From Minisyncoccota bacterium (GTDB lineage: Bacteria > Patescibacteriota > Minisyncoccia > Phycocordibacterales > UBA9973), in contig JBAYHW010000005.1 of the NCBI GenBank assembly GCA_041665925.1, positions 13,819 through 77,818 of the forward strand: a stretch of 64,000 bases of DNA. The letters run 5' to 3'. The position numbers were made by a program, and so were the translations under genes. The notes below the pieces were generated by a model. It saw only the letters and a list, made by a program, of their open reading frames with translations. It was not told where the DNA came from and ran no database searches. This document shows positions 49,184-58,841 of the stretch, piece by piece (within the stretch, counting starts at the first letter, position 1; each line of letters starts with the position of its first letter).

Positions 49184-50428
49184 ATGACTTCAATAGGGGA
49201 TATTATATTTTATGTGTCAGTTTTTTTGTCTGTTTATGTGCAGGTCTTTTTTTTCGTTACTTTTCTAGAGAATAGAAAGAAAATAATTACCAGAAATAGT
49301 AATATTAGCCTTGATTTTTATCCAGAAGTAACTATTGCTATACCTTGCTGGAACGAAGAAAAGACAGTAGCCAAAACTGTGCAATCTCTTTTGAACCTAA
49401 ATTATCCAAAAGATAAAATTAAAATACTCATCATTGACGATGGATCTACTGACAATACACGAAAAGTTATAAATAAATTTTCAAAATATTCAAACATAAA
49501 GATTTTCTACAAAAAGAATGGAGGGAAACATACAGCCCTCAACCTTGCGCTAGAAAAGGCTAAAACAGATTTTTTCGGATGCTTGGATGCGGATTCTTTT
49601 GTAGATCCAGAATCGCTTGTGCGAATTATGAGTTATTTCGAGAAAGATCCTACTACCATGGCTGTAGCTCCTTCGGTAATTGTAAATAATCCCAATAATG
49701 TTATTCAAAATGCCCAGAAAGCCGAATATCACATGGGTATTTATTTTAAAAAAATGTTGGGGTTTTTCGGAGCGATAAATGTTACCCCAGGACCTCTTAC
49801 CATTTTTCGTAAAAAAGTCTTTAACGATCTTGGTCCATATAGGCATGGCCACAATACAGAAGACATGGAGATAGCATATAGAATGCAAAAGAATAATTAT
49901 AAAATAGAGCACTGTAATGATGCGTATGTTTATACCAATACTCCGGGGACAGTTGCTAAACTTTATAAACAAAGATCACGATGGATTTATGGATTTATCA
50001 ACAACACCATTGATTACAGGCATATTTTTTTAAAGAAAAGATATGGGAATTTTGCTATTTTTGCTTTACCAATGGGGGTAATATCTATTCTATCCGTTAG
50101 CTTTCTTTTCGGTAGAATTGTTTATAGTATTGGATATTTTTTATATTTAAAAATTATTCAGATCCAAACAATTGGCTTGAACTTCAGTGTCCACAACTTT
50201 AGGCTTGATCCATTTTTTATAAACACAAAATCTTTTATATTCCTAGTTTTTGTTATTTATTTCTTAATAATATTTGCGATTATTTTTGGCAGAAAAATGA
50301 CCAAAGAAAAAACAGCTTTCTCTTGGAATGTTTTATATTTTTTCCCAGTGTTTAGCATAATTGCTCCATTTTGGGTGATTAAAGCCGTTTTCAACACTCT
50401 CTTACAAAGAAAACCAAGGTGGCGTTAG
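49184..50428 (+). CDS. Processive family-2 glycosyltransferase (PgaC/IcaA/NodC/cellulose-synthase-like), membrane-embedded
   Basis: DDGSTDNT, DAD, TED and the QRSRW (QxxRW) motif, with an N-terminal TM and C-terminal TM helices. Confidence 0.8.
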   Translation: MTSIGDIIFYVSVFLSVYVQVFFFVTFLENRKKIITRNSNISLDFYPEVTIAIPCWNEEKTVAKTVQSLLNLNYPKDKIKILIIDDGSTDNTRKVINKFSKYSNIKIFYKKNGGKHTALNLALEKAKTDFFGCLDADSFVDPESLVRIMSYFEKDPTTMAVAPSVIVNNPNNVIQNAQKAEYHMGIYFKKMLGFFGAINVTPGPLTIFRKKVFNDLGPYRHGHNTEDMEIAYRMQKNNYKIEHCNDAYVYTNTPGTVAKLYKQRSRWIYGFINNTIDYRHIFLKKRYGNFAIFALPMGVISILSVSFLFGRIVYSIGYFLYLKIIQIQTIGLNFSVHNFRLDPFFINTKSFIFLVFVIYFLIIFAIIFGRKMTKEKTAFSWNVLYFFPVFSIIAPFWVIKAVFNTLLQRKPRWR

Positions 50429-50445
50429 AATAATATATTAAAAAC

Positions 50446-51159
50446 ATGAATTCAAATCAAATTGATTGGAAAAAATATTTAATTGTCTTCCTGTTGACCA
50501 TGGGTCTATTCATTACTGCGATCTATTTGAGTAATTATTTCAGTGACAGGAAATTGGGCGAACTTAAGTCAATTCAAGACAAGATATCCATAGATATTCT
50601 GTCTTCGGAGACACAATTTTCCCTACTTTCTGAACTTTCCTGTAAGAACATTTCTGACTCAGTATTTTCAGATGAACTAGGCGAATTGGGGAGCAAGCTG
50701 GAGTGGAGTCAAAACAATTTAGGGGCCACCGAAGAAGTTTCTTATTTAAAGAAATATTATTCATTGCTACAAATTAAAGATTATCTTTTGACAAAAAAGA
50801 TTTCTGCACGTTGTGGGGTAAAGTCAGCTTTCATTCTTTATTTTTATACCACTGCTGAAAACTGTAGTTTATGCCAAAAACAAAGCTTGGTGTTATCAAC
50901 CCTACGTACAACATACCCCGAGCTACGAGTGTATTCTTTTGACTACAGCACTGATCTCTCCGCCGTTAAGTCTATGTTACAAATATATAAAATAAAAGAC
51001 ACAGCCTTACCAGCTCTAGTAATAGAAGATGACGTCTTAACTGGTTTTCAAACCTTGGAAGACCTAGAAACTAGAGTTAAAGAATCTTTCAAGCTACAAG
51101 GAGTTGTTCTTCCCGTAGATAAGAACAAAGTTCAACCTGCAGAAAAAGTTAAAAATTAA
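50446..51159 (+). CDS. Membrane-anchored thioredoxin-like protein (CSLC active site, cis-Pro ALPALV), 237 aa
   Basis: N-terminal TM. The beta-strand AFILYFYT is followed by ENCSLCQ, with cis-proline later: the thioredoxin fold pattern. Confidence 0.55.
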   Translation: MNSNQIDWKKYLIVFLLTMGLFITAIYLSNYFSDRKLGELKSIQDKISIDILSSETQFSLLSELSCKNISDSVFSDELGELGSKLEWSQNNLGATEEVSYLKKYYSLLQIKDYLLTKKISARCGVKSAFILYFYTTAENCSLCQKQSLVLSTLRTTYPELRVYSFDYSTDLSAVKSMLQIYKIKDTALPALVIEDDVLTGFQTLEDLETRVKESFKLQGVVLPVDKNKVQPAEKVKN

Positions 51160-52286
51160 ACCACAGCTTTTCTTTTCTTGAAATATTGCATGAAAGGTTT
51201 TTCTATGTATTTATAAGACAGAGTTGCAAAGAGCAAAGTACTACCTATAAATATGAAATACATCAACAAAATATTGAAAATTGAAGGTTGAAGTCTTGGA
51301 TAAATTCCGGCTATGGTTCGCTCTATTGGTCCATGAATCATGTATAGCGAATAAGAAATGTTTCCTAGATATATCAAGGTGGGGTGAATTAAAACATGAT
51401 TTAGTGCGCTTTTTTTGTCTAGGGAGGTAATGAGAATAAAAGGAATTAGAAGCAGCCAGTAAGCAACAATAATATAGGAAGGTATTGTGAAAAACCACAA
51501 GCTAATTCCACCAAAGATAGCTAAATAAATAAAATAAAGATGATCTTTCTTTAAATTAAACTGTTTTATCAGAAAAGCTTTATATAAAAACAACCCTGCT
51601 ATAAATTCAAAGCCAGAACGAATGATTGAGTTGTAAAAATTTGGGCTATCAATAAAAGAAGAGGATTGGTTAAACATAAGTATGCTAGCCAGACTAAGCA
51701 TAATCCCAAATGAGACTAACAGGAATAGTTTTCTTTTTTGCGTATCATCTAAATGCGTATTAACTGATTTGGTATATTTATTTATTACAGAGATAAAGCC
51801 AACAATAACAATGAACCACCAGACCTCAAGGACAAGTGTCCAAGCTGGGTAGTTCCAGGCGAAAAAGTAAGATTTGTCAAAAATAGGAATAATTTGTATC
51901 AGAAAAATTTCCGCTAACCACGATTTAACATTATAAACTCCTGGCAGTGTTATCCCTTTCAATAAAAAAATATAAGATAAAATACTTAATATAATTAATA
52001 TAAATATATGAATAGGGAAAATGCGGGTAATTCGAGCGCGACAGAATGTTAGATAATCACCTAGCTTTTCTGTTGTGTGTATTTTATATGCATGGGCCAA
52101 GACGAAACCGCTTAGAATAAAGAAAAAATCAACAGCTAAATATCCATGTCGGATCATTGGGAAAAATAACACTAAACTAGTAGCTGGGAGTGTCCAAGAT
52201 ATATGCCCCACGGCTACCCAAAGTGACGCTATACCCCTTAGACTGGTGAGATTATAGAAATATTCTTTATTTGAAGTAGGGAGCAT
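51156..52286 (-). CDS. Acyltransferase family 3 (OatA/IcaC-like) polytopic membrane O-acyltransferase
   Basis: Ten or more TM helices and AT3 N-terminal motifs (LRGIASLWVAVGH). The true start is the ATG at 52286. The track's N-terminal extension to 52382 reads through a tRNA gene. Confidence 0.8.
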   Translation of the reverse strand: MLPTSNKEYFYNLTSLRGIASLWVAVGHISWTLPATSLVLFFPMIRHGYLAVDFFFILSGFVLAHAYKIHTTEKLGDYLTFCRARITRIFPIHIFILIILSILSYIFLLKGITLPGVYNVKSWLAEIFLIQIIPIFDKSYFFAWNYPAWTLVLEVWWFIVIVGFISVINKYTKSVNTHLDDTQKRKLFLLVSFGIMLSLASILMFNQSSSFIDSPNFYNSIIRSGFEFIAGLFLYKAFLIKQFNLKKDHLYFIYLAIFGGISLWFFTIPSYIIVAYWLLLIPFILITSLDKKSALNHVLIHPTLIYLGNISYSLYMIHGPIERTIAGIYPRLQPSIFNILLMYFIFIGSTLLFATLSYKYIEKPFMQYFKKRKAVV

Positions 52287-52294
52287 TGTTTTTA

Positions 52295-52370
52295 TGGAGC
52301 CGCCTCTCGGATTCGAACCGAGGACCTTCGCTTTACAAAAGCGTTGCTCTACCAACTGAGCTAAGGCGGC
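52295..52370 (-). tRNA. tRNA-Thr (anticodon UGU) with genomically encoded CCA
   Basis: The reverse complement GCCGCCTTAGCTCAGTTGGTAGAGCAACGCTTTTGTAAAGCGAAGGTCCTCGGTTCGAATCCGAGAGGCGGCTCCA gives a canonical cloverleaf. The anticodon loop is UUUGUAA. Confidence 0.9.
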
Positions 52371-52383
52371 AATACTTAACACA

Positions 52384-52779
52384 TTACAAACTTTCTTCTT
52401 CTTTTACTTTTTGTTTAATTCTTCTAATCTTGTGCTTGTATTCAGAAATAACTTTTAAAAATTTTGAAATTTCTCGTTTCTCGTTTTCCACAGTTTCTTT
52501 TCTTCCCAGATCCTTTATTTTTGTTTTAATTCCTTGATAACTATTTTTTATCAAGCTAGAAGCTCTAAAATAAAATCTTATAGTTGCAACCAAAGCATTA
52601 TAACTATGTTTCCTTGCGCCCCTGATTGTAGAATGTTTCCATTCTTCTAAAACTGGGGCTTTTAATACAAATTCTGATCTTTCTAGAATTTGTCCATTTT
52701 GCAACAGCAACAACTTCCTTCCAATCATAAAGGTTATAGACAGAAGTGATGCAAAGAATAGTATGAGAATAAAAGTCAT
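52384..52779 (-). CDS. Hypothetical membrane-anchored protein (131 aa)
   Basis: ORF with an N-terminal TM. No family recognised. Confidence 0.4.
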   Translation of the reverse strand: MTFILILFFASLLSITFMIGRKLLLLQNGQILERSEFVLKAPVLEEWKHSTIRGARKHSYNALVATIRFYFRASSLIKNSYQGIKTKIKDLGRKETVENEKREISKFLKVISEYKHKIRRIKQKVKEEESL

Positions 52780-52783
52780 GTTT

Positions 52784-53563
52784 TTAAATTGAATAACGTT
52801 TCACTTCCTTTATTTTAGCATTATTTTTCTCTAAAAGTTTGCCTACAGTCAGCTCGCCATCTTTGATGAATACTTGATCCAATAGAGTTTTTTCTTTGAA
52901 ATATGTAGCTATTTTACCATCTAGCATTTTTTTCTTTATATCTTCAGGCTTGTCTATAGAAGCTACTTCTTTGGTGAAAATTTCCTCCATGGTTTTCTTA
53001 ACCTCTTCTGTGATTTCTTCTCTAGACATGTATTCTGGTTTCATCGCAGTAATGTGCATAGCGACATCTTTCGCTAGATCTGCATTGCCACCTTCCAGAG
53101 AAACAATAACTCCTGTTTTGTTATTGTGAACGTAATTTCCCAAAACCGATCCTGAAACTTCAAATGCCTCACCTAAGATAATATTTTCACCAGTTTTTTG
53201 TATTACGGGATCAATCATATCTTTAGCAGAGGTCTTCATTTTTTCTACTCCGTTTTGAAAGGCTTCATTTGTAAGTTTGGTGAGCAGGGTAGAGAAGTCT
53301 TCATTTCTAGCAACGAAATCAGTTTCACAATGTAGTGAGACAAGTACAGCTTTGCCTCCATCCATCTTTATAGAGACTCGGCCATCCTTAACTTCTCGGC
53401 TACCTTTCTTCTCCGCAATGTCAGAGCTAGTCTTTTTCAATATAGCCAGTGCTTTATTCATGTCACCTTCAGCTTCTTCCAAGGCGCGTTTACACTGCAT
53501 TACTGAAATACCAGTAGCATCACGAAGTTCCTTAACTTGTTCTGTGGTTATTTGTATAGACAT
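52784..53563 (-). CDS. tsf: Elongation factor Ts
   Basis: N-terminal UBA-like LRDATGISVMQCKRALEEAEGDMNKALAIL and the EF-Ts core. rpsB-tsf synteny. Confidence 0.9.
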   Translation of the reverse strand: MSIQITTEQVKELRDATGISVMQCKRALEEAEGDMNKALAILKKTSSDIAEKKGSREVKDGRVSIKMDGGKAVLVSLHCETDFVARNEDFSTLLTKLTNEAFQNGVEKMKTSAKDMIDPVIQKTGENIILGEAFEVSGSVLGNYVHNNKTGVIVSLEGGNADLAKDVAMHITAMKPEYMSREEITEEVKKTMEEIFTKEVASIDKPEDIKKKMLDGKIATYFKEKTLLDQVFIKDGELTVGKLLEKNNAKIKEVKRYSI

Positions 53564-53568
53564 ATATT

Positions 53569-54294
53569 TTAAGCTTTTTTTAGAGGTGCACTTGTTTGAC
53601 CTTCTTTATAAGCATCTCGTATTGCTTCGGCAAAAAATTTAATAGAAGGTATTCCTGAATCATTAGCTACAATAGGGTAATCTATACCCTTGATATTAGA
53701 GTCTGAATTAACTAAAGCAATCACTGGGATACCTGATTTTCTGGCTTCTGTTGCCGCAATGTGTTCACTTTTAGCATCTACGACAAACAATGCATCAGGG
53801 GCCTTTTTTAAACCAAGTAAGCCCGTGTAATATCTGGCCAGTTTTTCCATTTTCTTCGCCATAACCACTCTTTCTTTTTTCGTATATTTATCTAGTCCGC
53901 CTGTCGCAGTATCCTTCTGGTAGTTTTCAAGTTCTAAAATTCTCTTTTTGATTTCTGTGAAGTTAGAGAGGGTGCCTCCTATCCAGCGTTCAGTAACATA
54001 CGGCATGTTTAAAGATTCAGCAATATTTTTTGTTGCGACTTTGGCCTCTGGCTTTGTGCCCACGAAAAGAACGGTTTTGTTTTGAGCACCGAGATTCTTT
54101 ATAAACAAAGCGGCTTCATCCAAGAGAGCACTCGTTTTTTCTAGGTTTATAATGTCACCTTTGTTCTTAGTGGTGTATATATACGAAGAAACTGAAGGGT
54201 GTCGGCGTGTTTTACTGTAGCCATAATGAGCCCCAGCTGCGAACATTTGTTCCACTACAGAATCGTTTTCTTTGGCGTTTTTGACTTTTTGCAT
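53569..54294 (-). CDS. rpsB: 30S ribosomal protein S2 (bS2)
   Basis: MQKVKNAKENDSVVEQMFAAGAHYGYSKTRRHP aligns to the S2 N-terminus. The start ATG at 54294 lies 6 nt after a consensus promoter (TTGCAA-17 nt-TATATT). The track ORF extends a further 69 codons upstream without support. Confidence 0.85.
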   Translation of the reverse strand: MQKVKNAKENDSVVEQMFAAGAHYGYSKTRRHPSVSSYIYTTKNKGDIINLEKTSALLDEAALFIKNLGAQNKTVLFVGTKPEAKVATKNIAESLNMPYVTERWIGGTLSNFTEIKKRILELENYQKDTATGGLDKYTKKERVVMAKKMEKLARYYTGLLGLKKAPDALFVVDAKSEHIAATEARKSGIPVIALVNSDSNIKGIDYPIVANDSGIPSIKFFAEAIRDAYKEGQTSAPLKKA

Positions 54295-54333
54295 AGGGAT
54301 AATATAGCAGAAAGCGGGACCTTTTGCAAATTT
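54295..54333 (-). promoter_or_regulatory. Consensus sigma70 promoter TTGCAA-17 nt-TATATT placed 6 nt upstream of the rpsB ATG (leaderless configuration)
   Basis: Minus strand reads tttgcaaaaggtcccgctttctgctatattatccctATG. Confidence 0.6.
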
Positions 54334-54391
54334 TATAGAAAAGTTGGAAATGAATTTTTGTCCTTTGACCAAAAGACTTTTTTCGGGTAAG

Positions 54392-55645
54392 ATGAGCGAT
54401 ATGAGACAATCTAAACTTTTTACAAAAACAAGGAAAGAAGCACCTGCAGACGAAGTGTCCAAGAATGCTGAGCTTCTTATTCGGGCTGGTTTTGTCCACA
54501 AGGAAATGGCTGGTGTGTACAGTTATTTGCCCCTTGGATTAAGAGTTTTAAAGAAAATTGAAAATATCATTAGGGAAGAAATGGATAAGGTTGGGGGGCA
54601 AGAAGTTCTCATGTCTACTTTTCAGCCGAAAGAAAATTGGGAGAAAACTGGTCGTTGGAATGACTTAGATGTTTTATATAAAGTTTCTGATGCGTCAGGG
54701 CACGAGCTTGCTCTTGGTCCTACTCACGAAGAAATTGTGGTTCCAATTTTAAAAAATTACATTTCTTCTTATAAAGATTTTCCTGTGGCTGTGTATCAAA
54801 TTCAAAACAAATTTCGCATGGAGTTACGTTCTAAATCTGGAATTTTAAGAGGCAGGGAATTTATGATGAAAGACATGTATTCCTTTCATACTTCACAGGA
54901 AGACTTTGAAAATTTCTATGAAAAAATGAAAGAAGTTTATAAGACTATTTTCAAGAGATCCGGCGTTGGACACATCACCTATATGACTTTTGCTTCAGGG
55001 GGAACATTTTCAAAATATTCTCATGAATTTCAGACGATCACTTCTGCCGGTGAGGATACTATATATGTAGATGAAGAGCAGGCAATAGCCGTAAATAAAG
55101 AAGTTCTAGATGGCGAAGTTTTGGCTCAGCTTGGTTTAAACAAAGAAAAGTTAGTGGAACATAAAGCCATAGAAGTTGGTAATATTTTTGATTTAAAAAC
55201 CAAATATTCAGCACCTTTTGACCTATCTTTTACCGACGACAAGGGCGAAAAGCATACTGTTTTAATGGGTTGTTATGGTATTGGGCTGGGCCGGCTAATG
55301 GGGACAGTGGTAGAAGCTTTGGCCGACGATAAAGGAATAATCTGGCCAGAATCTATTGCTCCCTATGCTGTGCATCTTTTAGCTTTAGGTGAAGATGAGG
55401 CTGTTTTAAGTGAAGCAAATAAAATCTATGAAAGTTTAGTGAAAGCTGGCATTGAAGTTTTGTTTGATGATCGCACTGGGTTGTCAGCCGGAGAAAAATT
55501 TTCAGATGCTGACTTACTTGGGATACCATTTAGAGCAGTAGTGTCAGCACGAAGTATCAAAGAAAATGGGATTGAGTTGAAAAAAAGAACGGAAGAAAAA
55601 GGAAAAGTGATAACCCTTGATGAATTAATAAAGCATGTTCGATAA
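54392..55645 (+). CDS. proS: Prolyl-tRNA synthetase (compact form)
   Basis: N-terminus MRQSKLFTKTRKEAPADEVSKNAELLIRAGFV, class II motifs and an anticodon-binding domain. The start is the ATG at 54392 or 54401. Confidence 0.85.
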   Translation: MSDMRQSKLFTKTRKEAPADEVSKNAELLIRAGFVHKEMAGVYSYLPLGLRVLKKIENIIREEMDKVGGQEVLMSTFQPKENWEKTGRWNDLDVLYKVSDASGHELALGPTHEEIVVPILKNYISSYKDFPVAVYQIQNKFRMELRSKSGILRGREFMMKDMYSFHTSQEDFENFYEKMKEVYKTIFKRSGVGHITYMTFASGGTFSKYSHEFQTITSAGEDTIYVDEEQAIAVNKEVLDGEVLAQLGLNKEKLVEHKAIEVGNIFDLKTKYSAPFDLSFTDDKGEKHTVLMGCYGIGLGRLMGTVVEALADDKGIIWPESIAPYAVHLLALGEDEAVLSEANKIYESLVKAGIEVLFDDRTGLSAGEKFSDADLLGIPFRAVVSARSIKENGIELKKRTEEKGKVITLDELIKHVR

Positions 55646-56681
55646 ATTTTACAAATTAATTTCTAACGACATCGGCATAGACTTAGGTACTTCGAATACC
55701 TTGGTGTATTTAAAAGGGCACGGCATAGTTATCAACGAGCCTTCAGTTGTGGCGGTGAATATTAAAACGAATCAAATTTTAGCAGTTGGGACTAAAGCTA
55801 AGGAGATGCTTGGGAGAACTCCTGGACACATTAAAGCTATTCGTCCCCTTGTAGACGGAGTTATTTCAGACTTTGAGGTGACGGAAGAAATGTTGGCTTA
55901 CCTTATCAATAAGGCGGACAAAGTTTCTAAAAAATTAGCTAGACCTCGGGTTTTAGTAGGAGTACCTTCTGGGACGACAAACGTGGAGACACGTGCTGTT
56001 TATGATGCGGCAAGAAGTGCTGGAGCGAGAGAAGTTTTTCTCGTAGAAGAACCTATGGCGGCAGCTATCGGGGTTCGTCTTCCTATTAAAGATCCCGTCG
56101 GATCTATGATTATAGATATTGGTGGAGGTACTACAGATATAGCAGTTATTTCTTTAGGAGGAATTGTGAAATCAAAAAATTTAAAGATTGCAGGAGACCG
56201 CTTGAACAACGACATTATTGCTTATATGCGGGATGAATTTAAAATCTTGGTCGGGGAGAGGACAGCGGAAATGGTAAAAATTGCTATTGGTTCTGTGATT
56301 CAAGGAGAATATATGGAGACTGAAGTTCACGGGCGAGATTTACTTACTGGTCTTCCTCGCGAAGTTGTCGTGACAGATTCCGATATTCGAGAAGCTTTGT
56401 CAGTTTCTATTAAAGGTTTAGTTGAAGGTGTAAAAGATATGCTAGAAACTATTCCTCCAGAAATTTTGTCCGATATAATGCACAGAGGGATCACTTTATC
56501 TGGTGGCGGAGCACTTTTGCCAGGACTTGATCAATTACTCGGCCGAGTTCTAAAAATTCCAGTTTATGTCGTGGAAGATCCTCTGTCAGCTGTGGCTCGA
56601 GGCACTGGAGTTATTTTAGACGATATACCTCTTTATAAAGATGTTTTGATAGGTAATCAAGATGAGTTACCTCCTAGATAA
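55635..56681 (+). CDS. mreB: Rod shape-determining protein MreB
   Basis: Actin-fold motifs IGIDLGTSNT, VGVPSGTT and DIGGGTTD. Confidence 0.92.
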   Translation: MFDKFYKLISNDIGIDLGTSNTLVYLKGHGIVINEPSVVAVNIKTNQILAVGTKAKEMLGRTPGHIKAIRPLVDGVISDFEVTEEMLAYLINKADKVSKKLARPRVLVGVPSGTTNVETRAVYDAARSAGAREVFLVEEPMAAAIGVRLPIKDPVGSMIIDIGGGTTDIAVISLGGIVKSKNLKIAGDRLNNDIIAYMRDEFKILVGERTAEMVKIAIGSVIQGEYMETEVHGRDLLTGLPREVVVTDSDIREALSVSIKGLVEGVKDMLETIPPEILSDIMHRGITLSGGGALLPGLDQLLGRVLKIPVYVVEDPLSAVARGTGVILDDIPLYKDVLIGNQDELPPR

Positions 56682-57453
56682 AAAAATAAAACAAAAGAAA
56701 ATTTTTAGAATCACCCTTGGTGTCGGGGCTTTGTTGATTTTATTTTTTTTCCGTTCTGGAATTTTTAGCGGGCTATCATACATAAGTCAGGGGGTTTTCC
56801 ACCCTGTTTTCCTAGTGGGGAATGATCTCGGTGGAAAATTAAAAAATCTTAGTTCATATTTTTATTCAAAAAATTCTCTCACCCTAGAAAACCAAGACTT
56901 AAAAACAAAATTACTCACCGAAGAAATGCGAATTGCCAATTACAATACTCTTTTAGCCGAGAATGAAAACTTGAAAGAAATTTTAGGGAGGAAAAATTCA
57001 AAATCTCCTATGGTCTTGGCTGCTATTTTAGCAAAACCAAACCAAAGTCCTTACGATATCCTAACTATTGATATTGGCACAGCGGAAGGAGCAACAGTAG
57101 GGCAAATAGTATTTGCTTTAGGGAACATACCCATTGGTCGTATTGCGGAAGTTTACCCCAATTCTTCAAAAGTAATTTTATTCTCTAGTGCCGGCGAAAA
57201 AACGCAAGTTTCAGTAGCTGGGCAAAATCTTTTTTTAGAATTAGTTGGGCGTGGAGGAGGGAATTTCGAAATGATTATGCCGAAAGATTTAACTTTAGAG
57301 AAAGGAGTACAAGTTGTATTACCTGGGATTAATTCTTATGTCGTAGCCATAAATGAGACAATAATTTCCGATCCTCGTAATCCTTTTACCAAAGCGCTAC
57401 TTGTTAGCCCTGTTAACATACAAAACCTTAAATTTGTGGAAGTAGAAATTTAA
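56662..57453 (+). CDS. mreC: Rod shape-determining protein MreC
   Basis: N-terminal TM, a coiled coil and beta-barrel domains. It follows mreB. Confidence 0.8.
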   Translation: MSYLLDKKIKQKKIFRITLGVGALLILFFFRSGIFSGLSYISQGVFHPVFLVGNDLGGKLKNLSSYFYSKNSLTLENQDLKTKLLTEEMRIANYNTLLAENENLKEILGRKNSKSPMVLAAILAKPNQSPYDILTIDIGTAEGATVGQIVFALGNIPIGRIAEVYPNSSKVILFSSAGEKTQVSVAGQNLFLELVGRGGGNFEMIMPKDLTLEKGVQVVLPGINSYVVAINETIISDPRNPFTKALLVSPVNIQNLKFVEVEI

Positions 57454-57525
57454 CCTGTCCCGTACTAAATTTTTGATTAAAACAAATGACCATTAAAAAT
57501 AAAAGTTTAAAATTTTAGTACTGGG

Positions 57526-58815
57526 ATGTTTTTCAAAATAGAAAAAAAATTAAAGCGGGGTTTAGGACGAGTTGGAGTTTTAAAAACTCCGCATGGAGAA
57601 ATACATACCCCTGCTTTTGTGGCTGTGGGCACTAAGGCTACCGTGAAGTCGCTTAACCCTGAGCAGGTACGAGAGACTGGTACAGAAGTAGTTCTTGGTA
57701 ATACTTACCATTTATATCTTCAGCCGGGAGATGAAATAGTTCGGGATGCGGGAGGTATAGGAAAATTTATGAACTGGCCAGGGCCGACGATGACTGACTC
57801 GGGAGGTTTTCAGGTTTTTTCACTGGGAGTTGCCTATGGAAAAGATATCTCAAAGGTAACAAAAATTACAGATCCATCGCTTTTAATTCCAGAACGTTTT
57901 GATGATTCGGACGCCCCAAGGCTCGCGAAAATAGGACAAGATGGAGTTTCGTTTAAGTCACATCTTGATGGCTCAATTCACTACATTACTCCAGAAAAAT
58001 CAATTCAGATTCAGCACAACCTCGGCGCAGATATTATTTTTGCTTTTGATGAATGCACTAGCCCGGCGGAAGATTTGCGTTATCAGGAAGAAGCCTTAGA
58101 GCGTACGCATCGTTGGGCAGAGCGAAGTTTGAAAGAACACAAGAAGCTGGGGGAGGAAAAATCTTTCTCTGCGGGGTCGCTGTCTGTGCTTGATAGCACA
58201 GCGCTGCCTCTCGGCTCGTCAGCCTGCGAGACACCCCACAAAGAAAATTTTTCCTCCCCAGCTTTGTTTGGAATTGTGCAAGGTGGACGAGATGAAAATT
58301 TGAGAAAAAAATCAGCGGAGTTTATTGGGAGTTTAGATTTTGATGGTTTTGGTATTGGTGGATCTTTCGCTAAAGAAGATATGTCTACGGCCGTGAAATG
58401 GGTAAATGAAATTCTTCCGGAAGAAAAGCCACGTCATCTGCTCGGCATAGGGGAGCCGGAAGATTTATTTATGGGGATAGAAAATGGTGTAGATCTTTTT
58501 GATTGTGTTTTACCCACTCGCTTGGGTAGAAATGGGACTCTGTATACCAAAAGGGGCAAAATAATAATAATGAATACGAAATTCCGAAATGATTTTTCTC
58601 CGGTTGAAGAAGACTGTGCGTGCTATTCGTGTAAGAATTATACAAAGAGCTATATAGCTCACCTTTTTCACGGCAAAGAAATGCTAGCGGGAACTTTAGC
58701 TTCTATTCATAATCTATATTTTATCGTGAATTTAGTGAATAAAATAAGACAATCAATTTTAGATGATAAATTCTTTGAATTTAAAGAGAAATTCTTGAAA
58801 GAGTATACTAGATAA
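57526..58815 (+). CDS. tgt: Queuine tRNA-ribosyltransferase (tRNA-guanine transglycosylase) with an internal insertion
   Basis: TIM-barrel motifs (GNTYHL, FAFDEC, LLGIGEPEDL) and the zinc site CxCxxC...H (CACYSCKNY). Confidence 0.88.
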   Translation: MFFKIEKKLKRGLGRVGVLKTPHGEIHTPAFVAVGTKATVKSLNPEQVRETGTEVVLGNTYHLYLQPGDEIVRDAGGIGKFMNWPGPTMTDSGGFQVFSLGVAYGKDISKVTKITDPSLLIPERFDDSDAPRLAKIGQDGVSFKSHLDGSIHYITPEKSIQIQHNLGADIIFAFDECTSPAEDLRYQEEALERTHRWAERSLKEHKKLGEEKSFSAGSLSVLDSTALPLGSSACETPHKENFSSPALFGIVQGGRDENLRKKSAEFIGSLDFDGFGIGGSFAKEDMSTAVKWVNEILPEEKPRHLLGIGEPEDLFMGIENGVDLFDCVLPTRLGRNGTLYTKRGKIIIMNTKFRNDFSPVEEDCACYSCKNYTKSYIAHLFHGKEMLAGTLASIHNLYFIVNLVNKIRQSILDDKFFEFKEKFLKEYTR

Positions 58816-58841
58816 GCTATAATATATAGGTTCTGAACAAA

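Noticed and set aside
53569-54501. 310-aa version of rpsB from the ORF track
   Set aside because: The extra 69 N-terminal codons run through the divergent promoter region and do not resemble S2. A consensus promoter sits 6 nt before the ATG at 54294.
57526-58815. Possible pseudogene status of tgt because of its internal insertion (KEHKKLGEEKSFSAGSLSVLDSTALPLGSS...)
   Set aside because: The reading frame is intact, and the catalytic Asp and zinc-site motifs are preserved on both sides. It is more likely a lineage-specific loop insertion.
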